DNA of 64,000 bases, taken from Rhynchobatus australiae. Lineage: Eukaryota. Position numbers and translations under genes: made by a program. Below are positions 37,400-48,912 of this stretch, piece by piece. Location of the stretch: NCBI GenBank assembly GCA_034780895.1, contig JAUZTB010000107.1:62397342-62461341 (forward strand). Direction: 5' to 3'. Within the stretch, counting starts at the first letter, position 1, and each line of letters starts with the position of its first letter. The notes under the pieces are model-generated. The model was given only the letters and a program-made list of their open reading frames with translations, was not told where the DNA came from and made no database searches.

Positions 37400-37770
37400 C
37401 TGGAGGTTTGAATTAGATGAATAAATTGGTCTGGCTGTTCAGTGAAGCATTCGTGGAGAGGTGCATTGTTAAAGGTGGTGTCACTTGGAAGAGCTTTAAA
37501 TCCACTTGGAAACTTGGCTCTTGAATGAACCTTTGAAGATCCTGTGGTTTTACTTCTGAAGAGCAAAGAAAACTGGTAGGTTCCCAACAATCGTCTCTTT
37601 AAAGGATACCATCTAAAGTAAACCAAATTTGTTCCTTGGGAGGCTGTGAGATCTTGCTCTGTGCAAATTGAATGCAATGAAGCTTACATAACAGCAGCCC
37701 CTCCATCTCTTAAATAAGTTTTGCGGAAGCACTTCGGTAATTTTGTGAGATTTAAGAAGATGCTCGTAAA
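37400..37770 (+). mobile_element. Old Deu-domain SINE remnant
   Basis: TTCAGTGAAGCATTCGTGGAGAGGTGCATTGTTAAAGGTG...GTGAGATCTTGCTCTGTGCAAATTG...AAGCACTT follows the Deu-SINE layout. Confidence 0.45.
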
Positions 37771-39759
37771 TCCAAGTCAATCCCTCACTCAGCAGTGATA
37801 AGCCCACAGAGTAACCAGAAGAAGCATATTTGAATGAACTGTGGACCTCAGAGGGGAAGCATTCAACATATTTTAAATGAAACATGAAGTCTTGTACATC
37901 AATATTTTGGATATGGTCCTTCTGCCAGAATTGCTGATAGTCTCATTGGAAGATTTATGGATTGCTGTGCCTTTTAACCTCTTCAGTTGTCCTCAGATCA
38001 TTCACCTTTTATGTTTTTTAAGTGATTTTTAAAAATATTGTTCATTTCTCTTGTTTTTTTTTAACATCTACAGATGTTTCAGCTTGATCCCTTTTGAAAC
38101 CTGTAGGTCAGCTTTAATTTGGTACTGGTGTGTAAGCTCATCAACCCAGCTATTCCAGTGGTTCAATGTGCTGAAAGAGCATGTCAGAATCAGAATCTCA
38201 CTGAGTTATTGCTGCAACACTGAGGTTCTCAATCCAGTCTGTATTCCCTTATCTGGTTGTTCTTTAGAGGCAGATGATTGGTAACTTTAAACTTAACTGA
38301 AATATTTTAACAATGATTTTGGAAACCACATTGAAATACTTTTTGGTCAGTGTGGGTTCCCATGAATGTTATGCATCAGAAAACACTCAATACAAGACAT
38401 AATTCAGTGCACAGTTTGAGCTTATTTTTGAGGCCTTATTTTTCCTCTAAATCACTTCATTAGATGTATTTTAAAACTTGATCCATCTGGATTTTATTTT
38501 CTTGCAATTAACTTGTAGAGATCAGATGCTTAAAAAACGTATTCTGAGTCATGTTCTATCCATTTCCAAGTGAATAGATACTTTTTTATGTGAGATAAGC
38601 ATGTTTATAAATAGATGACAAATAATACCCTGCAGTGAGATAGAAGGCTGTGGCTAAATTTTGTAGGCCAGGTTGCAGGGTTTCTGCTGGCTAATCAGTT
38701 TGTAAAATTGTCCAATATCATGTGCTGAACTTTGTATCAAAGCAAGAAGAAGCTGGTACAAAGCCTTAATCTCCAACAAATGAGATCTGATGTCTGCAGA
38801 AATGACTTTGGACCGTTAGTCATTCAGAGTAAAACATTTGGATTCAAAGCTCGGATAGCTTTCGTGGATGCAGCATGCATTGGAACTTAGGCAAGAAATA
38901 TCTGTTGGTGACATGGCTTTAGAACAGATTAGCATCTCTATTAAAAGAAACTATATGCAACTGATAAGATCATATGTAATATTGGTATGAGAGTACTTGG
39001 TGCACTCATTCATCCAGAACTCCATCCCTGGTCAGTAGTACTAAATGTCAGCACATTGTACTTGCTGTTGAAATTTATTCCATTTAGTGCTATGGAATGA
39101 ATTTCTGATGCTGAGGACAACATGCTGATGTGACTGTAAATTGGCTTTGCCATTATTGACTAGGATTGTATTTCAATGCTATTCAGTGCACGTTAGGCAC
39201 TTTAGATATCCAGTGGTGACACCAGATGGCAGCAGAACATCACCCAGATGGGTGGAGTTGTTTAATGGGAGACAAACTGAGCAATGAGCAGAAACAGGGT
39301 AATAAAGGCATAAAGGCTCATAAAGATGGGGTTCCACAAGATTACCAAGCCTGTAACTGAGCCTCACAGGGAGTAAAAGGTCCCAGCTTTGATCTTCTGT
39401 GTGCACAGAGGGGAACTAGCAGGGCACAGCTGCCAGTCTAATACTACAAGGACTTGCCTATATAAATACGTGTGTGTAATATATGTGTGTTTAATGTGCC
39501 CCTTTCAAAACAGTCACACTGAGTTCCTGCAAGTCCCTCTTCTCTGAATGAAATTGGGCTTAGCACTCCTTGGAAACTGAACCAAGGCTCGATCTCCTGA
39601 GCAGAGTGACTTTTGCAGGAGTGTGTGAGATTAAACAGATACCTCTCCCAACTTTAGATAGGCCTCCTAATAATCATTGCCAAAGCTAGGACTAATTTAC
39701 CAGATCAGTCTGTCTTTTTGAATGAATGCATCCATTTTAGCATCAGTGAACAGATGGTG

Positions 39760-41870
39760 AATAGAGAGAGTACAAGAGGCTCAGCAAATACCAGCAACAG
39801 CCCCAACATCCAAGGGCCCTATCCACTGACAGTCAAGAACAGGTGAACCCATTAGTGACAGAAAGATAGTCAACACCTGCAGGGAGACCACCTCAACCTT
39901 GACTCTTTCCTTGATGTAGGTGCCCTTAATTCCATGCCTCAGCAATCCCTTTNNNNNNNNNNNNNNNNNNNNNNNNNNNNNNNNNNNNNNNNNNNNNNNN
40001 NNNNNNNNNNNNNNNNNNNNNNNNNNNNNNNNNNNNNNNNNNNNNNNNNNNNTGGGCCAACCTTGCTGCTGCTCCTGATCGGCAAGAAATCAAGGCCACA
40101 TACTGGCTCAGAAATAACAAGGCCTCAGGAACAGACAGTATCCCCATTGATTGTCTGCTGGAGGAACTCAGCAGGTTGAGCAGCATCTGTAGAAGGAAAG
40201 GAATAGTCGACGTTTCAGGTCAAAACCCTGCATCGGGATATATTTAATGGAGAAAGAGTTGGGGAGTGGTACTGGAGAAGGTTTGGAAAAGGGACTGTTC
40301 CACATAGCCAACAAAAAGGCATGCATAGCTCAGGCCCATACAGTTGTCCATGTCCATACCTTTGATTTGTAGTAAGTGAGAGGAGTCAAAAGAGAAGTTG
40401 TTCAGGGTAAGAACAAGTTCAGCCAGGCAGTTGAGAGTGTTGGTGGAGGGCAACTGTTAGATCTTTGTTGTAGAAAGAAGGCAAGGGCTTTCAAACCTTC
40501 CTGATGGGGGATGGAGGTGCATAAATACTGGACATCCCTAGTGATGTTGAGGTGATAGGGGTCGGGGAATTAGAAGTTGTCAAAATGAGTGAGGGCATGG
40601 GAGGTGTCCCAGATGTAGGTGGGAAGGGACTGGACAAGGGGAGATAAGATAAAGTCAAAGTATGAGGAATTAAGTTTGGTGGGTCAAGAGCAGGCCAAAA
40701 CAATGGGTCAACCAGGACAGTCCAGTTTCTGGATCTTGGGTAAGAGCTAGAACCGGGAAGTATGGGGTTTGGACACCATTGGGTTAGAAGCTGTGGAGGG
40801 GAGATCTCCTAATGTACTGAGATCTGTAACAGTGTGGGAGATGATGGCCTGGTGTTCGTTGGTGGGATCTTGATGCAGGGTTTCGACTCAACATTGACAA
40901 TTCCTTCCCTTTCACAGACCCTGCTCGACCTCCTGCAGATTATCTGTTGCTCCAATTCCAGCATCTGCAGTCTCTTATCCCCACTGAAATCCCTATAATT
41001 GGCCAGTGGAGAGCTTCAGTCCCAAATCCACAACTTCATTCTCTGAATCTGTGAAGAATAGGATAAACCAGATGATGTCATAATCATAACCATCTTCAAA
41101 AAGGAGACAAGTACCACTGGGTAACTGCAAAGGGGTTGCCCGGCTGTCTCCCATAGAGACAGTCATTGTCAGGGTCTTCCTCAGTTGGCTCCTCCTGGTG
41201 GCTGAAGAGCTGCTTCCCAAAGCACAATGTGGATTCCGCCCATCTACAGACACAGTGGACATGATCTTCACAACAAGAAAAGATCAGGGAACAGCACTAA
41301 CCTATATATGTGGCTTCCTTCAATCTCACCAAGTCTCTATCAATTGAGAGGGACTGTGGAATTTGGTTGCCCACTGAAATTGGACTTTATTTTACAGTTA
41401 CTCCACATTGACATGCAAGCCTGATTTTAAGCAGTGGGTCTGCAATAGAACTAATCTCAATGAAGACCAGTGTAAAACAAGGCCCAGATACTTTCTCAAC
41501 ACAGGGTTGATTCTCACCTGCAGTAAACTTCTCACGTGAGAAGGGTTAATATTTAGAACTAACAGAAGTCTATTTAAAGTACAGTGACCACACTCTAGAA
41601 CCAAGGTCACCCCAACCTCGGTGTTGAGCTGCAGTATGCGGTTGATGCGTGCATTTGCACACACTCAAAGGCCAAGCTCCAAGACATCATCAACCTGACT
41701 ACTGAAGAATATGAGAGGATAGGCCTTCCACTCAGTATCCTCAAGGCTAAGGTCGTCCACTAATCTACCCCTGCTGGACGCCAATGGCCTCCAACACTAA
41801 AGGTTTGCAACAAGACACTGGAAGACATGCAGCACTTCCCACATCTGACGATCTAAGCAGAATAAGCACA
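39760..41870 (+). mobile_element. RTE-clade LINE RT region, decayed, interrupted by a Penelope insertion
   Basis: Motifs NKASGTDSIP (40117-), IITIFKK, LLPKAQCGFRPSTDTVDMIF (41212-) and AHSKAKLQDII...GLPLSILKAKV are typical of RTE reverse transcriptase. Confidence 0.8.
40151..40975 (-). mobile_element. Penelope-like element: RT fragment between inverted pseudo-LTRs, with 12-bp target duplication
   Basis: ORF 40244..40453 (LAELVLTLNNFSFDSSHLLQIKG...MGLSYACLFVGYVEQSLF) is the PLE RT motif B region. Pseudo-LTRs lie at 40151-40240 and 40866-40975 in opposite orientations. Flanks are TATCCCCATTGA (40139-40150) and TATCCCCACTGA (40976-40987). Confidence 0.85.
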
Positions 41871-41929
41871 GACTTCCTCTTGCCCCTGCCCTATCCAGAA
41901 TCATTATGCAGTTGGGATATAGCTTCATT

Positions 41930-42545
41930 CTTTTTCTTCTTAGGCATTTCCTCTGGGTTGAGGATGACCTGCTTCCAATTTTGTAGGTTCTGGAGTAGCT
42001 AATGAGAGCAGTGTGGGAGCCACAGATTCTTCCACAGACGAGGCAGGAGATGGATGTTGTGACACACAAGTGGGCAGCTTGTGAGGTGGTCAAGTCCTTT
42101 CACTGCTCACACGGGGCTTCTGTGTGTTCCTGATGAATTGAAGGTTCTCAATGCCATCCCAAAGGAGTCTTCTCTACTTTGCGCGGTCATGGGCCAGAGG
42201 TTCCCAGGAGTCAGTAGGGATAGTTGCACTTCTTCAAGGAAGATTTGAGTATGTCTCTGAATATTTTTCTCTGTTTGGTAATCTCCTCTCACAACAGAGC
42301 TCAGAAAGTATTTGCTTCGGGACATATATGGAAATGGTGTGGCCTACTCAATGTAGCCAATTGAGAATAACTTGGGCCTCAGCAGTGGGGCTGTTGGCCT
42401 TGGAGAGAGTTTGACATTGGTTTGCTTTTTCTACCAGTGAATTTGAAGGATTTTACAGAATACCATTGGTGCTTTTCGTCCAGTGCCTGAAGAGGCCTGC
42501 TTCAGTTAGTCTGGAGTTCAGAAGCATGTAGGTGGGCAACATGGT
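41930..42545 (-). mobile_element. RTE-clade LINE 3' end
   Basis: ORF 41797..42093 contains CLVCGRICGSHTALISYSRT, a decayed RTE C-terminal C2H2-like motif. A second copy on the + strand at ~42600-42690 reads ICGSIFSSHIGLINHPRT. Confidence 0.7.
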
Positions 42546-43344
42546 GTAAGTGGTGGAAGGAATGGACCACCTCACTAAATACCCACCTGCTTGCCCCATC
42601 AGTCACCTTCAAGCTGATCTGTGGAAGCATCTTCAGTTCCCACATTGGCCTCATCAATCACCCCAGGACCCCAAATGGGAACCCCAGCATGTGTGGTCGA
42701 GCTTGAGAACCATTCAGCTCAGATGTCGAATGAATGGACATCTTTTTAAAGCAAAGAATGTCCGAGTTGAAGGAGAAATGGACCTGATTTTTGAGTGTAA
42801 GGAAATAATTTTCCTGCTGAAGATTGGGTCAGATTCACTCAGCACAATGACATCTCCTTGTACAGTGCAAAGTGAAAGGTGGCTTGTTGAAAGACATTGT
42901 GCAAAACCTAGATAATTAATTTAGAACTGTTAGAAAGTACTAACATTTGTTTTGAATTTTGGGCAAGGAACAGAAGCATGCTGAGACACTGCTTATATTG
43001 TTTCATGAAATAACTAGTGTTGCATTGCTATTTTGGTGTCGATTTAGATTGTGTTTGATATGGTAAGTTTGTGTATGAACTGGTAGATAAACAAATCAAA
43101 TCAAAGCATCGAGAATGCACAACCTGACCTTTGAATTTGCATTTAAGATTACTGTGTCAATGGCATCCAAGAATGCCGAAGAGCTTTATCTGCCACATGC
43201 CTGGTTTGGCTGCATCCCAGGGTCAGAGAGTCATAGCAAAGTCCTAGCTGTAAAATCTAGTCTGGTGAGACCTGTTCAGTCAGTTCCTTTGTTGCAAATT
43301 GTTATCACTCCGGATTATTGTCATTTTAGAAACAAAAAACAAAT

Positions 43345-43927
43345 CAGAAAAGTAGGAGCAGGAGTAAATCATTTGGCCCTTCAAACCTGCTTTGCCATTC
43401 ATTATGACTGGTGGCCCATCTCTATCTCAGTGCCATATTCTGGCTCTATCTCCATAGGCTTTTGCAGCTAGAGATCTTTCTCCTTCCTAAATCTAGTTAA
43501 TGACTTGGCCTCTACACATCTTTTGTGGTAGACAGTTCCACAGGTTCACATTCCCTCTGTAAAGAAATTTCTCTTTATCTCAATTGTAAATACCTTACTC
43601 CATAATTTGAGACTGTGGCCCCACCCCGACCAGGGAAGCATCCTACTTGTATCCAGCCAGTCAAGCCTGTCACAACTTTGAATGTTTCAATATTATCCCT
43701 TCTTATTCTTCTAAGTTCCATTAAATACAGGCCTAATTGAGGTCTTGTCATGCAACAGTCTCACGTTCTGGTGAATCGTTATTGCGTTTCCTTTTATAGT
43801 AACTACATCTTTGGTAAGGATGTCAAAACTACGCACTATACTCCTGGTGCTGGATTATTCAAGCCCTGCATAATTGTAATAAGACAGACTTTCTCCCATA
43901 CTCAAGACCTCTTGCAATGAAGGCCAA
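43345..43927 (-). mobile_element. CR1 LINE 3' fragment
   Basis: AGTAGGAGCAGGAGTA...CATTTGGCCCTTCAAACCTGC tail and CAAAACTACGCACTATACTCC (reverse complement of EYSA*FW, a decayed EYCVQFW). Confidence 0.8.
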
Positions 43928-43928
43928 T

Positions 43929-45200
43929 TGTTGAAGTTGCTATCATAAGCCAAGTAGGAGATAAGGGCCAAGAGAAACCCATCACTTTCACTTCTCATAC
44001 TCTCACAAGGAATGAGCACCATAACATGCAAATCAAGGAATTGGTTAGAATGTCTTGATTCCAGACATTAAACAATTAATTTTCACCAGGCAGAAGCTTC
44101 ATGACAGTGTCAGGCTCCACTAGCCATATTAAGTTCCAAATCAGACGTACCTAATATTGCAGCATCAGAGATACAAAGACACATAATCCTTCCTTCATAG
44201 TACAACTGTAAACTCAAGTACAGGAGTTCTAAGCAGAACATCATTGCAGATGCTCTGTTGAGGTCATTTCATGGAACCATGATGCTGGAAATCAAATTGT
44301 GATCTATATGTTCAGTGCAGTCAATGAGGACTTCTGAGTAATTCTGTCTGAGGTTGTGCAACTGACCCAGGAAGGTTCAGTATTGAAAAGAACCTTTGAA
44401 CAAACATTGAATGGGAGGAGAGGATTTGACCAATGTGTTGCTGAGGAACTGAAACCATTCTATGATCATCGAAGTGTGTTGTCAGGNNNNNNNNNNNNNN
44501 NNNNNNNNNNNNNCATAGTGTTAATATACACTAACATCGAAGAGATTTTGACCACACTTCATAGTGAACAGACAATAATAATCAGCATGCATGAAATTGC
44601 AAGATAATTTGTTTACTAGCCTCATCTGGATAGTGCCGAATCATTGATAAGCAAATATAGTATTGGCCAAAATTATGCATGGAAAAACCTTTTTGCAATC
44701 ATGATCATTGCTTACCAGCCCTTTTCAGTAAGTACATGTGGAATTCTATGAAAAAGGGAATGATAATTCCTTGTACTAATTGATAGTCTGACAATCTCTG
44801 ACATTATTTTGATCTGCTCTGTTGGCAAAGATTTTGAAATAGAATCAAATCAAACATACTCTGTTTCCTTTCTATTATCCCACTTCAAATGGAACAGCTG
44901 AGAGGTCAGTCAAAATAGTTAAGGAAGCTCTCAAGAATCAAGTGTTGCAAGGTTGTTCAAACATTGCCACTAAATATTAATTGTGAAGTTTCTTGCTGTA
45001 ATACAGAACAATTGTATACTATACCATAAGGAATACAACTGCAGATCTCCTGATAAAAAGATTGAGAACTTGCACTAATCAACACAATATGGCTTCCAGA
45101 GATGAATAGAAGCAATAGACTAAAAAATGTTACAATAAATTCAGCCCCAGTGCTTACATTTAACTGAGAGATATTAGATAAGGGTCAGGAAATAGGTGAC
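43929..45200 (+). mobile_element. Gypsy/Ty3 LTR-retrotransposon pol remnant (RNase H plus integrase), heavily decayed
   Basis: Manual translation gives EKPITFTSHTLTRNEHHNMQIKE; LAILSSKSDVPNIAASEIQRHIILPS*YNCKLKYRSSKQNIIADALLR; LHSEQTIIISMHEIAR*FVY*PHLD; FYYPTSNGTAERSVKIVKEALK; FLL*YRT...TTADLL. These are collinear with Gypsy pol motifs. Confidence 0.82.
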
Positions 45201-45319
45201 TGGTGAATATTTATTTTCTGGTCTCTTCTGATTTAAATTTAGGGATACTATTGTAGCCTAGGAATGGAGCAGAAAAAAAATTAAATCCAATCTAATCTAA
45301 TTTATCAAATATAACAGGA

Positions 45320-47360
45320 ATGGCTGATCAGATGGTGTTGTGGTGCAACATATAGGAATTCATGGACTACATTGTGGTTCCCAGTAAACACATCTGCACT
45401 AGGTGTTGTTTTCTTGATGAACTTTGGCTCAAGGTCAGAGTTCAAGCTTCAGACACTGAAACAACTCGGGGAGGGAGGAGGTTACCTGGATACTGTTCCA
45501 GGAGCGGCCAGGTCCCTTAGACTTATTTCCTCAAATCTGTTCAGTGGTCAGGGACCCAGGAGGGGCAGATGGAAGGATCCAGTGGATGGCTCCAGAGGAG
45601 CCTCAGCCCTTATCCTTGTCCAACCGGTACGAGGTTCTTGCTCCCTGTGTAGACAAGTGTGGGGACTCCAGGGAGGATGTACAAGCTGTCTATGGCAGCA
45701 TGAGACATGCTGGAGAAAATTGTAATGTACTAGTCATCGGAGATAGCATAGTTCAGGGTACAGACACTGTTCTCTGCAGCAAGGATGGAAAATCCCAAAG
45801 GATGTATTGTCTGCCCAGTGCCAGGTTTTATGGGCATATTTTCTAAGCTGAAGAAGAACTTTGTGTGAGATGGGGAGGATCCAGTTGTTGACCATGTAAC
45901 CACTAATGACATAAGAAGGACTGGGAAGGAGGTTCTGTTGAGAGATAGTAAGCATTTCGGTGCAAAAATTGAAAAGCTGAACCACAAGGGTGATAATCTT
46001 TGTTTATCCTTCAACTATTCAGAAGACCCTTGACGAGGTGCTACATAAAAGGCTGGTGCATAAGACAAGAGTTTGTGATATCAGGGGAAGTGTGGCAGCA
46101 TGGATTGAAATTAGTTATTGCATAGAAGACAGATTTGGAATAAACTGTGAGGGTTTTCAGGCTAGAAAGATGTAACTAGTGGAGTACTTCAAGGATCAGT
46201 GCATAGCCCTCAATTATTTACAGTCATTAAAGACTTGGAGGAGGGGAGAGAGAATAAGGTATCCAAGTTAGCCGATGACATNNNNNNNNNNNNNNNNNNN
46301 NNNNNNNNNNNNNNNNNNNNNNNNNNNNNNNNNNNNNNNNNNNNNNNNNNNNNNNNNNNNNNNNNNNNNNNNNNNNNNNNNTTGGAATAAACTGTGAGGG
46401 TTTTCAGGCTAGAAAGATGTAACTAGTGGAGTACTTCAAGGATCAATGCGTAGCCCTCAATTATTTACAGTTATTAAGGACTTGGGGGGGGGAGAGTATA
46501 AGGTTAGCTGATGGCATGAAAAAATTGGGAGGGTATGTTACAATGAGAACAGTAGGACTCTGCCACTAGATATAGGTAGGTTGAATGAGTGGGTGAAAGC
46601 TTAACAAACGGAGTTTTGTGTGGGAAAGTGTGAGGCCATGCACTTTGGTAAGAGGAATCTATAGGTAGATTGTCATATATATGGAGAAAGATTGTATATC
46701 AAGGAAGTACAGAGGGATCCAGGTATCCTTCTGTGTATGAATCGCATAAAGTTAGTCCGCAGGTGCAGCAAGTGGTTAGGAAGGCAAATAGCACGTTCGC
46801 CTTTATAGTAAGAGGGTTGTCGTTTAGAAATAAGGAAGTATTGTTATAATTGTACAGGGAGTTGGTGAGGCCACGTCTGGAGTACAGTGATGTGCACATT
46901 TTTGATCCCCTTATTTAAGAAGAATATTGAAGGCAATCCAAAAGAGNNNNNNNNNNNNNNNNNNNNNNATGGGAAGGCTGTCTTATCATGAGCATCAAAA
47001 CAACTTAGATCTATATTCTTTGAAGGTTAGATGAATGAGAGGGGATCTTATTCAGGCATAAGATCCTGAGGGGGCTGGACAAGCTAGATGTTTCCATGAG
47101 CAGGAGAATCTCAGATGAAGAGACATAATTACAAAATTAGGATGTGGTCATTTAAAATCAAGGTGCGTAGGAAATTTTTTTTATCATTGGTAGTAATTAA
47201 GGTGACAATTTTTTGGAAGATCAGGGGATTGAAAGCCATGGGGATCTGGCAAGGGGAGGAGATGATGCCTGGGGTAGATCAACCATGATCATATTGAATG
47301 ACAGGGCAGGTTTAAGGGGCCAGTGGCCTACTCAGTATCTATCTTCTTGTGTTCTTGTGT
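45320..47360 (+). mobile_element. CR1 LINE with ORF1 (esterase) joined to the RT 3' half; large internal deletion
   Basis: ORF 45544..45846 reads LSNRYEVL...VLVIGDSIVQGTD...CLPSAR. At ~46010 it passes directly into IQKTLDEVLHKRL, then SKLADD, LYRELVRPRLEY and a CR1 tail. Confidence 0.85.
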
Positions 47361-48816
47361 TTGAGTTTTGCTTTAAATACACTCAGTCCCAATGCATTTG
47401 TGAAGATAATACAATTTCCTTGCTGTCTTTGGGACTTGCCATGTACAAGTTGTTTACTGCATCACAAAACTACCTACATTTCAAAATTACAGTAGCAAGA
47501 AACCACAAATGCAGTGCTAATAAATAATCATTAACTTGAAATGATAATTGCATTTCTCCACAGATGCTGCCTGACATGCTGAGAATACTTAACATATCCT
47601 GTTTTTAATTTCACATTTCAAAAGTATATCTATGGCTGTCCTCTCCTTTGGGAGGTGGTGAGGTTGTGAAATGCGATCTAAGTGAGAGCTCTTTTGTTCC
47701 CTTTTAAATTCTTGGATTTCAAATTTAAGTGCAAAAAATGAATTTGTATTTTGTACTTGCTTTCATGTATAGTTTTCTGTTTGCCCTTTTGTATTGGGTT
47801 GTATAGTGATGTGCACATGACATCTTCTATGATCCAAAACATTTCTATGTTTGTGTGTGGGGTCAGAGTCTTTAGCTTAACAATTAACCTTTAATTAAGA
47901 TAATTCTTTGACCAGGGTATGTGTGGATAATCCCCAGTTTTCTTTGAAGGCAAAAAGAACCATGTCCGATACACAAGTACTTGATTGGATTTGTTTATGT
48001 GTAAACTGGTATGCTGAAACAAAAAAAAGCACGATCTTCAAACATCACAATACTTCATTCTTGTAGCATTTCAGATCTGTGCTGTCTGGACCCCAATGAG
48101 CAAGAGGATTTTTGGATTAAACAGTGAGATTTTGCTTGATTCCAGGTCACCCGTGGAGTTTGGTTTATTTTGCCAAATTATAAACTTAATAACCTGAGCT
48201 GTGGTTCACTCCATGTCAGCTACTTTTTGTTTCTTGGCATTTCACCTACGCAAACAGAATTGAAACTTTTGTGGTGAGCTTTTATTGTGCAGATATTTTC
48301 TATATACATTTCCCCTGATTGAGTTTTATTCTCTAATCAATTCCCTTAATGGCTTACCATTCAAAAAGAAAAGATTTATCCATATCGTTGTCTGTCTATT
48401 TGCATATATTATTTCAAATAAGCTGTTCAAGTCATTAAAGCAATTAATTAGTTTCTGAACAAAGGCATTTGATGTTCTTATCATTACCCAATAGGGCTTA
48501 CTTTTGACTATAGGCCAGCTCTAAGTGCTTAAGAACTAATGCAAATTTCACCCGAATGGTCAAAAGCAAATAGGATTCAATTCTCTAGCAGGAGGTCATT
48601 TACATGATGATCATTGCATTAGCTAGATCATCAGTTTAGGCTGGGGAGGATGTAAGGTGATGGAGGACAAACAATGCTAATACATTAATGCTTAGAGAGT
48701 GGCAACAACTGAAACCTGATGATATGAGACAAACGTCCTCATCCTCAGAGGAGCCTCGATAGGCATCATGAGCTATTTCTCTTCCAGGAATGAATCACGC
48801 TAGTTTTGTCATTTTT

Positions 48817-48912
48817 CCAGTCCTGATGAGTGTTCATTGACTTTAACTTTGTCTATCTTTGCACAGAGACTGCCTCGCCTGCTAATTTGTTCCAACACTT
48901 TCCGTTTTTATT
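48817..48912 (+). mobile_element. Decayed solo Penelope pseudo-LTR
   Basis: CAGTCCTGATGA (hammerhead 5' core) followed by CACAGAGACTGCCTCGCCTGCT...TTCCAACACTTTCCGTTTTTATT; the GAAAC half is lost. Confidence 0.55.

Noticed and set aside
40201-40900. Hammerhead motifs in the two pseudo-LTRs of the Penelope insertion
   Set aside because: Cores are mutated (CCGAUGC, UUGAUGC, and GAAAC lost in the right copy), so they are unlikely to be active. Copies near 1650, 33665, 35860 and 48820 are also broken.
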